A stretch of DNA of 64,000 nt from a virus (Duplodnaviria > Caudoviricetes). The stretch is taken from positions 39,993 through 103,992 of IMG/VR virus record IMGVR_UViG_3300020276_000001; one strand, 5' to 3'. Shown here piece by piece: positions 48,976 to 58,869 of this stretch. Below the pieces are notes generated by a model. That model made no database searches. It was not told the DNA's origin and was given only the letters and a program-made list of their open reading frames with translations. The translations under genes were made by a program, and so were the position numbers. Each line of letters begins with the position of its first letter. Position 1 is the stretch's first letter.

Positions 48976-49622
48976 TGAAATTGAAAGACATTTATAAAAA
49001 AATTGATTCATTAAATGAAGCTGTTAATATGAGCATTTCGATGTCAGGCGAAACTGCTGATGATGTAGCAACATTAATGAAGATGGTAAAAGACGCAGGT
49101 GGCAAGCCAGAGATAATGGCACCAATGGGTCCTAAGATGTCACCAAGAGATGATATCGAAAAAAGTTTAAAGGTAATGGATTTACCACCAATGCCAAAAG
49201 AAATGCCAAAGGGTATGCCAGACATGGAACCAGGTTGCGAAGACGAAGTTGCTAAAGAAGGCGACTGGGATAACGCACCAGATGAAAAATACCAAGACAC
49301 AGCTTATATGCAAAACGATTTAGCAGGTGGATTAAATAGACAGAAAAAATCTTATCCAAAAGTAGCAGGCGGAGATAATCCAATGGCACTTGAAGATGAA
49401 ATTAAGTCTGAGCTTAAATCTAGACTAGAAGCTATGATGGCAGTTAAAGACGAAGTAACTGAAGCAGAAGATAAAGATTTTGACGAATCAGGTTGTGTAG
49501 GCGAAATGAAAAAACTTAACAACAGTGGTTGTACAAAAGAAGAAATGAAGAAAAAAATAACTGCTGAATACGATTGCGATAGTAAAAAGTTTGAAAAACT
49601 ATACGCAAGTCATTGCGGTTAA
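48975..49622 (+). CDS. acidic/Met-rich hypothetical protein (possible internal head protein)
   Basis: 215 aa, coupled start, several L/V-x-E sites. Confidence 0.45.
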   Translation: MKLKDIYKKIDSLNEAVNMSISMSGETADDVATLMKMVKDAGGKPEIMAPMGPKMSPRDDIEKSLKVMDLPPMPKEMPKGMPDMEPGCEDEVAKEGDWDNAPDEKYQDTAYMQNDLAGGLNRQKKSYPKVAGGDNPMALEDEIKSELKSRLEAMMAVKDEVTEAEDKDFDESGCVGEMKKLNNSGCTKEEMKKKITAEYDCDSKKFEKLYASHCG

Positions 49623-49635
49623 TAAGGAGAGATAG

Positions 49636-49992
49636 ATGGCAGGAGTAACAAGAGTAAACGGATTAAATGCAACAGCTGGAACGATACATTCAGAAAGTTG
49701 TAAAGCATTTTTAATTACCGTACAAAACGCCTCGAACGCAGATATCGATCTTAGAGCAGAGGACGATGCAGTTGATGAAGCAGTAGAGATGATTTTAAAA
49801 GAAGTTAATCCTTTGATGTTTTCTGTTAAAGATAACAACTCAGGTGAAATTCATATTGTCACAGATGTAAATTTATCAGCGGCAGACATCCAATCAAGAA
49901 TTAGAAATCTAGGAACAGCAGTAGGACCTAATAACATTGATGTTACAGGTTCTGACGTTGCTGAAGCAACTGCAATAACAATAGCAGGCTAA
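49636..49992 (+). CDS. hypothetical (possible small virion) protein
   Basis: 118 aa, strong TAAGGAG RBS, followed by a terminator. Confidence 0.55.
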   Translation: MAGVTRVNGLNATAGTIHSESCKAFLITVQNASNADIDLRAEDDAVDEAVEMILKEVNPLMFSVKDNNSGEIHIVTDVNLSAADIQSRIRNLGTAVGPNNIDVTGSDVAEATAITIAG

Positions 49993-50023
49993 TTTAACTA
50001 ATTTCCTCCCAATTAGTAAAACC

Positions 50024-50048
50024 AAATAGGGCTTTCGAGCCCTATTTT
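50024..50048 (+). terminator. intrinsic terminator with UUCG loop
   Basis: AAATAGGGCT-TTCG-AGCCCTATTT-T. Confidence 0.8.
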
Positions 50049-50052
50049 CACC

Positions 50053-50060
50053 TATAAATA
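50053..50060 (+). promoter_or_regulatory. T4 late promoter TATAAATA, 5 nt before ATG
   Basis: TATAAATA-CTAGT-ATG(50066), with no SD. Confidence 0.8.
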
Positions 50061-50065
50061 CTAGT

Positions 50066-51658
50066 ATGGCAACTACAAAAAGTCTAGACGGTGTTCTTAC
50101 TAAAAAAGCACACCAACGTGAAAAGTTTGATGAAGCAGGAATTGAAGAACTAAAAAAATGTATAGATCCTGATTCAGGGTATCTATATTTTTGTCAAAAG
50201 TTTTTTCATATACAACACCCTGTTGACGGAAAGGTTATGTTTGATCCTTTTGGTTATCAAGAACGACTATTAGAAAGTTATCACAATCATAGATTTAATA
50301 TTAATATGTTGCCAAGACAAAGTGGCAAGACAACTACTGCCGCGGCATACTTATTATGGTATGCTATGTTTCATCCAGATCAAACAATACTAATTGCCGC
50401 ACACAAATACACAGGTGCTCAAGAAATTATGCAACGTATTAGATACGGATATGAATTATGTCCTGATACTATTAGAGCAGGTGTAACAAACTACAATAAA
50501 GGTAGTATGGAGTTTGAGAATGGTAGTAGAATTGTTAGTGCTACTACAACAGGTAACACAGGAAGAGGTATGTCAATATCTTTACTATACTGTGATGAGT
50601 TTGCGTTTGTTAATCCAAGTATTGCAGATGAATTTTGGACTTCGATATCTCCAACACTAGCAACAGGTGGTCGTGCAATTATTACAAGTACACCTAACTC
50701 AGATGAAGATACGTTTGCTATCATATGGAAAGAATCACAAAACAAGTTTGACGAAGAAGGCAACGAACAAGAAATAGGTGTAAACGGTTTCCATGGCTTT
50801 ACTGCTAAATGGGACGAGCATCCAGACAGAGATGAAGAGTGGGCTAAGGTAGAAGTAGGTAGAATTGGTGAAGAAAGATTTAGACGTGAGTACGGTTGTG
50901 AATTCTTAGTTTACGATGAAACACTTATTAACAGTATAAAACTTTCTAGCTTAGAAGGAATTGATCCAGTGATGAACATGGGTCAAACACGTTGGTACGG
51001 AAAGCCAACAGGTGACAAGACTTATGTTATTGCACTTGACCCTGCTATGGGTACAGGAGGTGACTATGCCGCAATACAGATATTTGAATTACCCACATAC
51101 AAACAGATAGGTGAGTGGAGGCACAATACCACAGCCATACCTGCACAGATAAGAATACTAAAAGACATCGCAAACTACATAAAAGAATGTTGTCAAAATG
51201 ATGGAGCAAACATATACTGGTCAGTGGAGAATAACAGCATCGGAGAAGGTGCATTGATAGTTATTAGAGACATGGGAGAAGAGAATATACCAGGTATGTG
51301 CGTATCAGAACCTATTAGAAAAGGCCATGTACGTAAGTTTAGAAAAGGATTTAATACAACTCACAGTACTAAAATTAGTGCTTGTACACGTTTAAAGAAC
51401 ATGGTTGAAAATGATAAGCTAACAATAAACAGCAAAGTATTAGTAAGTGAGCTAAAGGCCTTTGTTGCTAGTGGTAGTAGTTTCAAAGCAAAACCAGGTG
51501 AAAATGACGATCTAGTAAGTGCTTGTCTATTGAGTATGCGTATTATGGCAGTACTAAAGGATTGGGATCCTAGAGTGTATGAAACCTTCAATCAAGCCGA
51601 CACAGGTGACGATCAAACTCCACCCATGCCTATATTTGTTTCAACAAACATAAGATAA
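50066..51658 (+). CDS. terminase large subunit (T4 gp17-like)
   Basis: PRQSGKTT Walker A, LLYCDEFAF Walker B, ITSTPN, RFRREY.CEF, DPA.G.GGDY, DDLV nuclease motifs. Confidence 0.95.
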   Translation: MATTKSLDGVLTKKAHQREKFDEAGIEELKKCIDPDSGYLYFCQKFFHIQHPVDGKVMFDPFGYQERLLESYHNHRFNINMLPRQSGKTTTAAAYLLWYAMFHPDQTILIAAHKYTGAQEIMQRIRYGYELCPDTIRAGVTNYNKGSMEFENGSRIVSATTTGNTGRGMSISLLYCDEFAFVNPSIADEFWTSISPTLATGGRAIITSTPNSDEDTFAIIWKESQNKFDEEGNEQEIGVNGFHGFTAKWDEHPDRDEEWAKVEVGRIGEERFRREYGCEFLVYDETLINSIKLSSLEGIDPVMNMGQTRWYGKPTGDKTYVIALDPAMGTGGDYAAIQIFELPTYKQIGEWRHNTTAIPAQIRILKDIANYIKECCQNDGANIYWSVENNSIGEGALIVIRDMGEENIPGMCVSEPIRKGHVRKFRKGFNTTHSTKISACTRLKNMVENDKLTINSKVLVSELKAFVASGSSFKAKPGENDDLVSACLLSMRIMAVLKDWDPRVYETFNQADTGDDQTPPMPIFVSTNIR

Positions 51659-51666
51659 ATAGTTAT

Positions 51667-53826
51667 ATGAGCAATATGAACAATATATCAGAACAGTTGT
51701 TTGCAAAGATCAGAGGCAGATTTCCATCAGTAACACTTGGCGATGAAGCAGGTGTAGTAACTGATGAGCCGAAACTTGCACGTTACTTTGACTTTGACTA
51801 CAAAGTTGGTGAGGATTCACTAGGTAAAGTTAGCATAGCTTTATCAGAAAAAGAAGTTGCTATTATGTATAACAACACTTTTATTAGTGAACAACCTGAT
51901 AGTATTAAACAAGAATGGTATGATTTCTTAAAAGAAATAAGAGTTTTTTCAAAAAGAAATATGCTTAACTTTGATACACGTGATATAACTAAATCAAATC
52001 TCGATAAAAGAGATTATGCACACTTAACAAAAACTGCCGGAGACAATACAATGAGTGAATCAAAAATGTACGGCACTAGTAGAACAAGTTATGAAGATGT
52101 TGACAAAGCTAGGCTAGTACTCAAACATACACAACCAGTGAACATGGAAGTTCCTGGTGCAAGAACACAACACGTAAATAGCATTTACATTGAAAGCGAA
52201 AATGGAGAAAGATACAAATATCCATTTAGACATTTGAATGGTGCAAGAGCTTTAGCAAGACACGTAAGCGAAGGCGGAAATTTATATGATGACTTTGGTA
52301 AACATATCGTTTCACTCAGCGAAGAATTATCAAAGCTACGTCAATTTAAAACTTACATGAACCGTTCAGCTGTAATGGCAGAAGGCTTAAAAGGTTACAT
52401 GGATCTAGTTAACGAAAGACTAGACACAATTAAAACTGAAGTAATGAAACTACAACGTGCAGGACATTACGCAGAAACAATCAAAGATTTTAAACCAGCT
52501 GTGATGGAAGAAGTTCCAGAAGAATTACAAAACAGTTGGATTGATGAACTAACTATTAGAACTTTTAACGAAGAACTAAAAAGTGTATTCCCATACATTA
52601 ACAAGTTAGTAAGTGAAAAGAATAAAATCGAAGAAGTAGGTCCAAGTGATATGGGTATGAACAAATATGGTTTGTCAGCTGTACACAAAGGCGGAAAATT
52701 TTATTCTTATAGAGATGGAAAAGAAACAGGTGGACCATTTGATTCAATGGAAGAACTTGCTAAACATCAAGAAGATTTAATCAAAGACGAAGCTATGGGA
52801 CACGAAGGTGGATCAGAAGCACACGCACACAAGATTGACATCGATGGTGACTATGATGAAGACAGAGGCATTAGCGAAAAAGATTGTGAAGAAATGGAAT
52901 ATGCTTGTGGTAAGGCTGGTATCAAATGTAAATGTGAGCCAGACGAAATGAGACAGGGTGGAGTTATTGTACACACAATGGCACCACGTGATGCAGTAAT
53001 AGATGCTTTGGATAAAGAAGGTTACGCAGTAGAAAGTGCCTACAATCCAGAATCTGAATTTGAAAATGAATTATCCATGATAGTGGGAGAGACAGAAGAT
53101 GCTTTAATAAACGGCGAAGGCAAAGACCAAGAAGCCGCTATTAAAAAACTTAATGGCTTAATGGCACAGCATTTCCCGGCTGGTGTAAACGGTAACAATG
53201 CTGTTCAAAGTTTGAAGGGCATCATAGATGACCCGATGCTACTCGATATGTTTAAGAAGGTAGGACAAAAAGATGCAGACCAGTGTATCAGACCTTTAGT
53301 AGTAAAATATGTAAAAGCAAAAGCACCTAGTATTTCGTCCAAAATTGATACAGGTGATCTAGAACAGGAACCAACAGAAGACATTAAAGACAAAGAAGAT
53401 TATCAGGCTAAGAAGAAAGCTATCCAAGATATACAAATGGATCCGCATACACACAAAGACGAAAAACTCAAAAAAGAAGTTATTCGTAAGAAAGCGGAAC
53501 TAGATGCCGAAGCAAAAGAAAAAGGCTACAAGGAAGATGATGACACTATTGATGTTAAAATGAATCCAGACGGTAGCATTGAAAAAGACGACAAGGCAAT
53601 GAATAAAGAGGACGAAAGAAGTCCAGGGGAAAGGTTAGTAGAATTGGTTAAATCATATTACGATTATACAACTAACGCATTTCCAAAAGGCGAAACAGCA
53701 GTAGTTACTGCTTGTGAAAAAGAGTTTGGCGATAAGGCAATACCAGTTGCTGAGAAAATGATTGCTAGACTAAAAGCAGGCAAAGACGAAGATATGGAAA
53801 AGATTAAACACCTAGCAGGTGTATAA
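51667..53826 (+). CDS. large acidic hypothetical protein (late; possible prohead core/internal protein)
   Basis: 719 aa. Late box GATAAATA at 51654-51661. Glu/Lys-rich modular C-half. Confidence 0.55.
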   Translation: MSNMNNISEQLFAKIRGRFPSVTLGDEAGVVTDEPKLARYFDFDYKVGEDSLGKVSIALSEKEVAIMYNNTFISEQPDSIKQEWYDFLKEIRVFSKRNMLNFDTRDITKSNLDKRDYAHLTKTAGDNTMSESKMYGTSRTSYEDVDKARLVLKHTQPVNMEVPGARTQHVNSIYIESENGERYKYPFRHLNGARALARHVSEGGNLYDDFGKHIVSLSEELSKLRQFKTYMNRSAVMAEGLKGYMDLVNERLDTIKTEVMKLQRAGHYAETIKDFKPAVMEEVPEELQNSWIDELTIRTFNEELKSVFPYINKLVSEKNKIEEVGPSDMGMNKYGLSAVHKGGKFYSYRDGKETGGPFDSMEELAKHQEDLIKDEAMGHEGGSEAHAHKIDIDGDYDEDRGISEKDCEEMEYACGKAGIKCKCEPDEMRQGGVIVHTMAPRDAVIDALDKEGYAVESAYNPESEFENELSMIVGETEDALINGEGKDQEAAIKKLNGLMAQHFPAGVNGNNAVQSLKGIIDDPMLLDMFKKVGQKDADQCIRPLVVKYVKAKAPSISSKIDTGDLEQEPTEDIKDKEDYQAKKKAIQDIQMDPHTHKDEKLKKEVIRKKAELDAEAKEKGYKEDDDTIDVKMNPDGSIEKDDKAMNKEDERSPGERLVELVKSYYDYTTNAFPKGETAVVTACEKEFGDKAIPVAEKMIARLKAGKDEDMEKIKHLAGV

Positions 53827-53861
53827 GAATTTATAAAGTCACTTTTTTGGCAAACAAACAC

Positions 53862-53890
53862 TTGACTTTATAAGTATATTAGTGTAGTAT
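53862..53890 (+). promoter_or_regulatory. sigma70-type promoter with nested late-like box
   Basis: TTGACT-N17-TAGTAT, with TATAAGTA at 53869-53876. Confidence 0.65.
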
Positions 53891-53958
53891 ATAAAACTGT
53901 GCTACACTATTAAAGGCACAAGCAACGAAGGCTTAACAACTTATAGGAGGCTTATATT

Positions 53959-54930
53959 ATGGCTACATTAGCAGAAATTCGTGCAAAACTAAAAGAACAG
54001 GAAACCCGCTCAACGGGATCTTCCACAGGCGGCGACAACGCCATTTACCCATTTTGGAACTTAAAAGAAGGCGAGACTGCAACAGTCCGTTTCCTTCCAG
54101 ATGGAGACGACTCTAATACATTTTTCTGGCAAGAACGTTTGATGATCAAACTTCCATTTGCTGGAATCAAAGGTGAGACAGACTCTCGCCCTGTACAGGT
54201 ACAAGTACCATGTATGGAAATGTATGGAGAAACTTGCCCAGTACTTTCAGAAGTACGTGGTTGGTTTAAAGACAAAAACTTAGAAGACATGGGACGTAAG
54301 TATTGGAAAAAACGTTCATATGTATTCCAAGGCTTTGTTACAGATAATCCTTTAAAAGAGGATACAACTCCCAACAATCCAGTAAGACGTTTCATTATTG
54401 GTCCACAGATTTTTCAAATCATTAAAGGTGCTTTGATGGATCCGGACATGAACGAATTACCAACAGACTATACCGCGGGTGTAGACTTTAGGATCGCAAA
54501 AACTTCCAAAGGTGGTTATGCTGATTACTCAACTTCAAATTGGGCAAGAAAAGAACGTCCATTAGATGAAGCTCAGTATAAAGCTATTGAAGACCACGGC
54601 TTGTTTAATTTAGGTGATTACTTACCTAAGAAACCAAGTGAAGTTGAAGTTGGTGTTATCAAGAAGATGTTTGAAGCATCTGTTGATGGCGAAGCATACG
54701 ATATGGAACAGTATGGTCAATACTTTAGACCAGCAGGCGTAAAAGCTCAAACAGGTGATCCTGTGAAAGCATCTACTCCGACTCCTGCTCCAGCGGCGGC
54801 TCCGGCACCACAGGCAGAAGCAGTAGCACAAACTACATCAACTGAAGCACCTGCGACAGCAGAAGCACCAGCAACTGACAATAATAAAGCGGAAGACATT
54901 CTTGCAATGATCCGTAACCGTCAGGGCTAA
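53959..54930 (+). CDS. single-stranded DNA-binding protein (T4 gp32-like)
   Basis: VRFLP, C....G..CPV, KRSY, G.DF.I.K...GGYADY..S.W. Precedes uvsX. Confidence 0.85.
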   Translation: MATLAEIRAKLKEQETRSTGSSTGGDNAIYPFWNLKEGETATVRFLPDGDDSNTFFWQERLMIKLPFAGIKGETDSRPVQVQVPCMEMYGETCPVLSEVRGWFKDKNLEDMGRKYWKKRSYVFQGFVTDNPLKEDTTPNNPVRRFIIGPQIFQIIKGALMDPDMNELPTDYTAGVDFRIAKTSKGGYADYSTSNWARKERPLDEAQYKAIEDHGLFNLGDYLPKKPSEVEVGVIKKMFEASVDGEAYDMEQYGQYFRPAGVKAQTGDPVKASTPTPAPAAAPAPQAEAVAQTTSTEAPATAEAPATDNNKAEDILAMIRNRQG

Positions 54931-54945
54931 ATTAAATTTATACAA

Positions 54946-54965
54946 GGGGTTGTTTCGGCAACCCC
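54946..54965 (+). other. UUCG-loop RNA hairpin without U tract
   Basis: GGGGTTGT-TTCG-GCAACCCC between the SSB and uvsX genes. Confidence 0.65.
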
Positions 54966-54989
54966 AAGTATATGGATTAAGGAGATACA

Positions 54990-56054
54990 ATGGCTAACAA
55001 GGCATTTGACGTTTCTAAGTTTCGAAAAAACTTAACGAAATCTATTACAGGAATGAGTGCAGGATTTAACGATCCGACTGATTGGATTTCGACAGGTAAC
55101 TATGCACTCAATTATCTTATTAGTGGTGACTTTCATAAAGGTGTGCCAATGGGTAAGGTGACTGTTTTTGCAGGAGAATCAGGTGCAGGTAAAAGTTATA
55201 TCTGTGCAGGTAACATTGTAAAGGCGGCACAAGACCAAGGTATCTTTGTTGTTCTTATTGACTCAGAGAACGCACTTGATGAAGCTTGGTTACAAGCACT
55301 AAACGTAGACACTACACCAGAAAAATTACTTAAACTAAACATGAGTATGATTGATGATGTTGCTAAAACTATTAGTACATTTATGTCAGACTACAGAGAA
55401 ACACCAGAGGAAGACAGACCTAAAGTGTTATTTGTTATTGATAGTTTGGGTATGTTACTAACACCTACTGATGTAGATCAGTTTAATAAAGGTGATATGA
55501 AGGGTGATATGGGTAGAAAACCTAAGGCACTTACTTCATTAGTACGTAATACAGTAAACATGATTGGTTCACATAACGTAGGACTAGTATGTACTAACCA
55601 CACTTATGCATCGCAAGATATGTTTGATCCAGATGATAAAATATCAGGTGGACAAGGATTTATCTATGCAAGTTCGATTGTAGTAGCAATGAAGAAATTG
55701 AAACTAAAAGAGGACGAAGATGGTAAGAAAGTAACTGATGTACGTGGTATTAGAGCGGGTTGTAAAGTTATGAAAACTAGATATGCAAAACCGTTTGAAG
55801 GCGTACAGGTTAAGATTCCTTATGAAACAGGTATGAATCCATACAGTGGATTGGTTGACTTGTTTGAGAAAAAGGGACTACTTACTCAACAGGGAAATAG
55901 ACTTAAATACGTTGACAGCAAAGGTGCTGAACATCTTGAATATCGAAAAGACTGGGGTGGTGAAAAGTTAGACATAATTATGAGTAACTTCACCGAGACA
56001 GCCGATGTTACAGACGAAGCTGGAATTGTAGAAGATAGTAACCCTGAGGAGTAA
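54990..56054 (+). CDS. uvsX: RecA-like recombinase
   Basis: STG...LN..ISG, AGESGAGKS, DSENA, VIDSLG, NHTY, SGG.G..YA.S. Confidence 0.92.
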   Translation: MANKAFDVSKFRKNLTKSITGMSAGFNDPTDWISTGNYALNYLISGDFHKGVPMGKVTVFAGESGAGKSYICAGNIVKAAQDQGIFVVLIDSENALDEAWLQALNVDTTPEKLLKLNMSMIDDVAKTISTFMSDYRETPEEDRPKVLFVIDSLGMLLTPTDVDQFNKGDMKGDMGRKPKALTSLVRNTVNMIGSHNVGLVCTNHTYASQDMFDPDDKISGGQGFIYASSIVVAMKKLKLKEDEDGKKVTDVRGIRAGCKVMKTRYAKPFEGVQVKIPYETGMNPYSGLVDLFEKKGLLTQQGNRLKYVDSKGAEHLEYRKDWGGEKLDIIMSNFTETADVTDEAGIVEDSNPEE

Positions 56055-56061
56055 AAATATT

Positions 56062-56289
56062 ATGGACGGAACACAGATAGTAGAGACTTGGCAAGTATTT
56101 AAAGAGTATCTTGATAAGAAGCACCTAGAAACTGTAGCAGAAAAATATGTTGATCTGTGTGCAGACTTTGGTACAGAAGATGAAGCATTTAGAGATGCTT
56201 TAGGTTCAGATCACGATTTAGATAAAGCTATTGGGTATTATTTGGAAGAAGATGTCGATTACGATGACGAAATTGATGAGGATTATTAA
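56062..56289 (+). CDS. small acidic hypothetical protein
   Basis: 75 aa, GAGGAG RBS, Asp/Glu-rich tail. Confidence 0.6.
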   Translation: MDGTQIVETWQVFKEYLDKKHLETVAEKYVDLCADFGTEDEAFRDALGSDHDLDKAIGYYLEEDVDYDDEIDEDY

Positions 56290-56744
56290 TGGGTTGGTAT
56301 TCTGATATTGCAAAAGATATTAACAATATCCCAAAGGCAATACAATATTTTGAAGACGAATTAGTTGAAGCAAAGACACAAATTCGTATTAAAGGTAATG
56401 TAGAAAGAGCCGCGGCAGAGATGCCTGGTATTGTTGAGCAACGTTTTAATCAGTTGCAGGAACTTGAGGCAATTTTAGAATACCTAAACATCGAACTAAG
56501 ACGTTTACGAAGTTCTTTCTTTAAGAAGTATCTAGAGAATTACCAAAGAGCATTGAGTAGCAGAGATGTAGAAAAGTATGTTGACGGTGAAGCAGACGTT
56601 GTTGACTACGAAAAGATTATTAACGAATTTGCTCTTATGCGTAATAAATGGTTAGGCGTAACTAAGGCATTAGATCAAAAACAATGGCAACTTACTAACA
56701 TAGTCAAGTTACGAGTTGCAGGAATGGAAGACGCAAGTCTATAA
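56289..56744 (+). CDS. uvsY: recombination mediator
   Basis: Helical. Y..Y......D..KY.D.E.........K......K..Q..N pattern. Downstream of uvsX. Confidence 0.75.
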   Translation: MGWYSDIAKDINNIPKAIQYFEDELVEAKTQIRIKGNVERAAAEMPGIVEQRFNQLQELEAILEYLNIELRRLRSSFFKKYLENYQRALSSRDVEKYVDGEADVVDYEKIINEFALMRNKWLGVTKALDQKQWQLTNIVKLRVAGMEDASL

Positions 56745-56777
56745 GTTCCAAATTAATATAACTAGGAGAATACACTT

Positions 56778-57401
56778 ATGAAGATGAGTGAAACACAGCC
56801 AGGTCAGGTTGCCAAACAGTACGGTGGCAATACTAGACCTACAATAAATCATATGGAGAGAACTGACTTACCGGGTTCTAGACAGAAGATTCAAAAATGG
56901 GATATGATTCCAGATGAATGTTTTGTACAGAGAATGGCCGGCGAGTTTGTTAAACAAACTTCTAATGAACTTTTCGCAGATAAGAAAGTTGTTCTGTTTA
57001 GTTTACCGGGTGCATTTACACCTACTTGTTCAACAAAACAGTTACCTGCATATGAAGAAATGTATGATAGATTTAAGGCGGCTGGTGTGGACGAAGTGTA
57101 TTGTGTATCAGTAAACGACGGTTTTGTAATGAATGCTTGGGCTAAAGAGCTAGGCATTGAAAAAGTAAAACTGTTAGCAGACGGTAACGGAGACTTTACT
57201 GATTCAATGGGAATGTTATGTACAAAAAGAAACAAAGGCTTTGCAAATAGAAGCTGGCGTTATTCTTTGTATGCAGTAAACGGAATAGTTCAAGAAGCAT
57301 TTGTTGAACCTGGATTCAATCACAAAGGTGAGGACGATGATCCTTACACTTGTACTGACCCAGAGACAATGGTTCAATTCATCGAAGCAGACGCAAGATA
57401 A
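56778..57401 (+). CDS. peroxiredoxin (Prx5/redoxin family)
   Basis: FSLPGAFTPTCS..QLP, CVSVND.FVM.AW, DGNG.FT, RSWRY. Confidence 0.93.
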   Translation: MKMSETQPGQVAKQYGGNTRPTINHMERTDLPGSRQKIQKWDMIPDECFVQRMAGEFVKQTSNELFADKKVVLFSLPGAFTPTCSTKQLPAYEEMYDRFKAAGVDEVYCVSVNDGFVMNAWAKELGIEKVKLLADGNGDFTDSMGMLCTKRNKGFANRSWRYSLYAVNGIVQEAFVEPGFNHKGEDDDPYTCTDPETMVQFIEADAR

Positions 57402-57416
57402 AGTCTAAATACAACT

Positions 57417-58181
57417 ATGAAAGTTGTATTAGTTACAGGTGGCTTTGATCCACTACACTCGGGACACATATCTTATTTTAAAGAAGCAAAAAAGCTCGGC
57501 GACAAATTAGTCGTCGGGCTTAATAGCGACGAATGGCTTACACGTAAAAAAGGTAAACCCTTTATGCCAATCCAAGAACGTGTAGAAATTATTAGAAATT
57601 TGAAAATGGTAGATGACGTTCTTACTTGGGACGACAGTGATGATTCTGCCTCTGGTGCAATATTTAAACTGATGGCTACATCAGGGTATGGGCATGATGT
57701 AATATTTGCCAATGGTGGAGATAGAACAGATAAGAACATACCAGAAATGAAAACTTGGCACGACAAGGTTGAGTTTGCATTTGGTGTAGGTGGTACTCAT
57801 AAACAAAACTCAAGCAGTTGGATACTAGAAGAATACAAACACCCAAAGACACAACGTAACTGGGGTTGGTATAGAGTGCTAGATGATAAACCCGGATACA
57901 AGGTAAAAGAACTTGTTATAAATCCTAAGAGCAGTTTAAGTATGCAAAGGCATTTTAAACGTTCAGAACATTGGTACGTGCTTAAAGGAACTTGTAATAT
58001 TATTACAGATGGACCTGCAGGAATACAAGAAAAATTATTAGAAGCACACAGTCCTGGATACTCGATTGGTAAGGAAACTTGGCACAAAGGTATTAACGGA
58101 CAAGACGAACCTTGTCATATATTAGAAGTTCAATATGGAGAAGAATGTATTGAAGAAGATATAGAAAGAAAAGATGCCTGA
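57417..58181 (+). CDS. cytidylyltransferase-like nucleotidyltransferase fused to a mannose-6-P-isomerase-type cupin
   Basis: TGGFDPLHSGH, GLNSDEWL.RKKG, FANGGDR; then R.WG.Y.VL, LSMQRH..RSEHW, ILEVQYG..C.E.DIER. Confidence 0.85.
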   Translation: MKVVLVTGGFDPLHSGHISYFKEAKKLGDKLVVGLNSDEWLTRKKGKPFMPIQERVEIIRNLKMVDDVLTWDDSDDSASGAIFKLMATSGYGHDVIFANGGDRTDKNIPEMKTWHDKVEFAFGVGGTHKQNSSSWILEEYKHPKTQRNWGWYRVLDDKPGYKVKELVINPKSSLSMQRHFKRSEHWYVLKGTCNIITDGPAGIQEKLLEAHSPGYSIGKETWHKGINGQDEPCHILEVQYGEECIEEDIERKDA

Positions 58182-58869
58182 CATACAAGAAGAATTAAAA
58201 GACATAAATCCTTACGTACTTGAACAAGTATTAAAAGCTAAACCATATTCAATGACTAGTGGCACTAGACTAGCACATACATACACAACCATACAAGACT
58301 TAGATGCAAGAGGCATCACAGGAGACATTGTAGAGTGTGGAGTATGGAAGGGCGGACATATCATTATGTCTTGGTTAGCTAATAAAAATACTAAAAGAAA
58401 TTTTTGGTTATACGATACCTTTGAAGGTATGACTGAACCAACAATGGAAGATTATAAAGTTAATCACGACGGTACTCTTGGTTATGCATATAGAAGCACA
58501 AAGGCAAAACAAGGATACAATAAATGGTGCAGGTCAGAGTTAAGTGAGGTTGTTAATAACTTACATAACTTTAATATGCCACAAAAACAAATAAAATATA
58601 TCAAAGGCGATTGTAATCAAACACTAAAAGATCCAAAAAACTTACCAGATAATATTGCTTTTTTAAGACTAGATACAGACTGGTATGAGTCTACACTAAC
58701 AGAAATATTGCAACTGTGGCCTAGATTACAGGTAGGTGGCATAATGGTTTTGGACGATTATTATTCTTGGCAAGGAAGTAAAAAAGCCTTTAATGAAGTA
58801 TTTGGTAACTCTCTGAAGATACATACTATTGATAGAACTGCAATTTATGTGATGAAAGAGAGACCATGA
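58174..58869 (+). CDS. TylF/MycF-family sugar O-methyltransferase
   Basis: GDIVECGVWKGG, YDTFEGM, LRLDTDWYEST, GG...LDDY..W.G. Confidence 0.9.
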   Translation: MPDIQEELKDINPYVLEQVLKAKPYSMTSGTRLAHTYTTIQDLDARGITGDIVECGVWKGGHIIMSWLANKNTKRNFWLYDTFEGMTEPTMEDYKVNHDGTLGYAYRSTKAKQGYNKWCRSELSEVVNNLHNFNMPQKQIKYIKGDCNQTLKDPKNLPDNIAFLRLDTDWYESTLTEILQLWPRLQVGGIMVLDDYYSWQGSKKAFNEVFGNSLKIHTIDRTAIYVMKERP

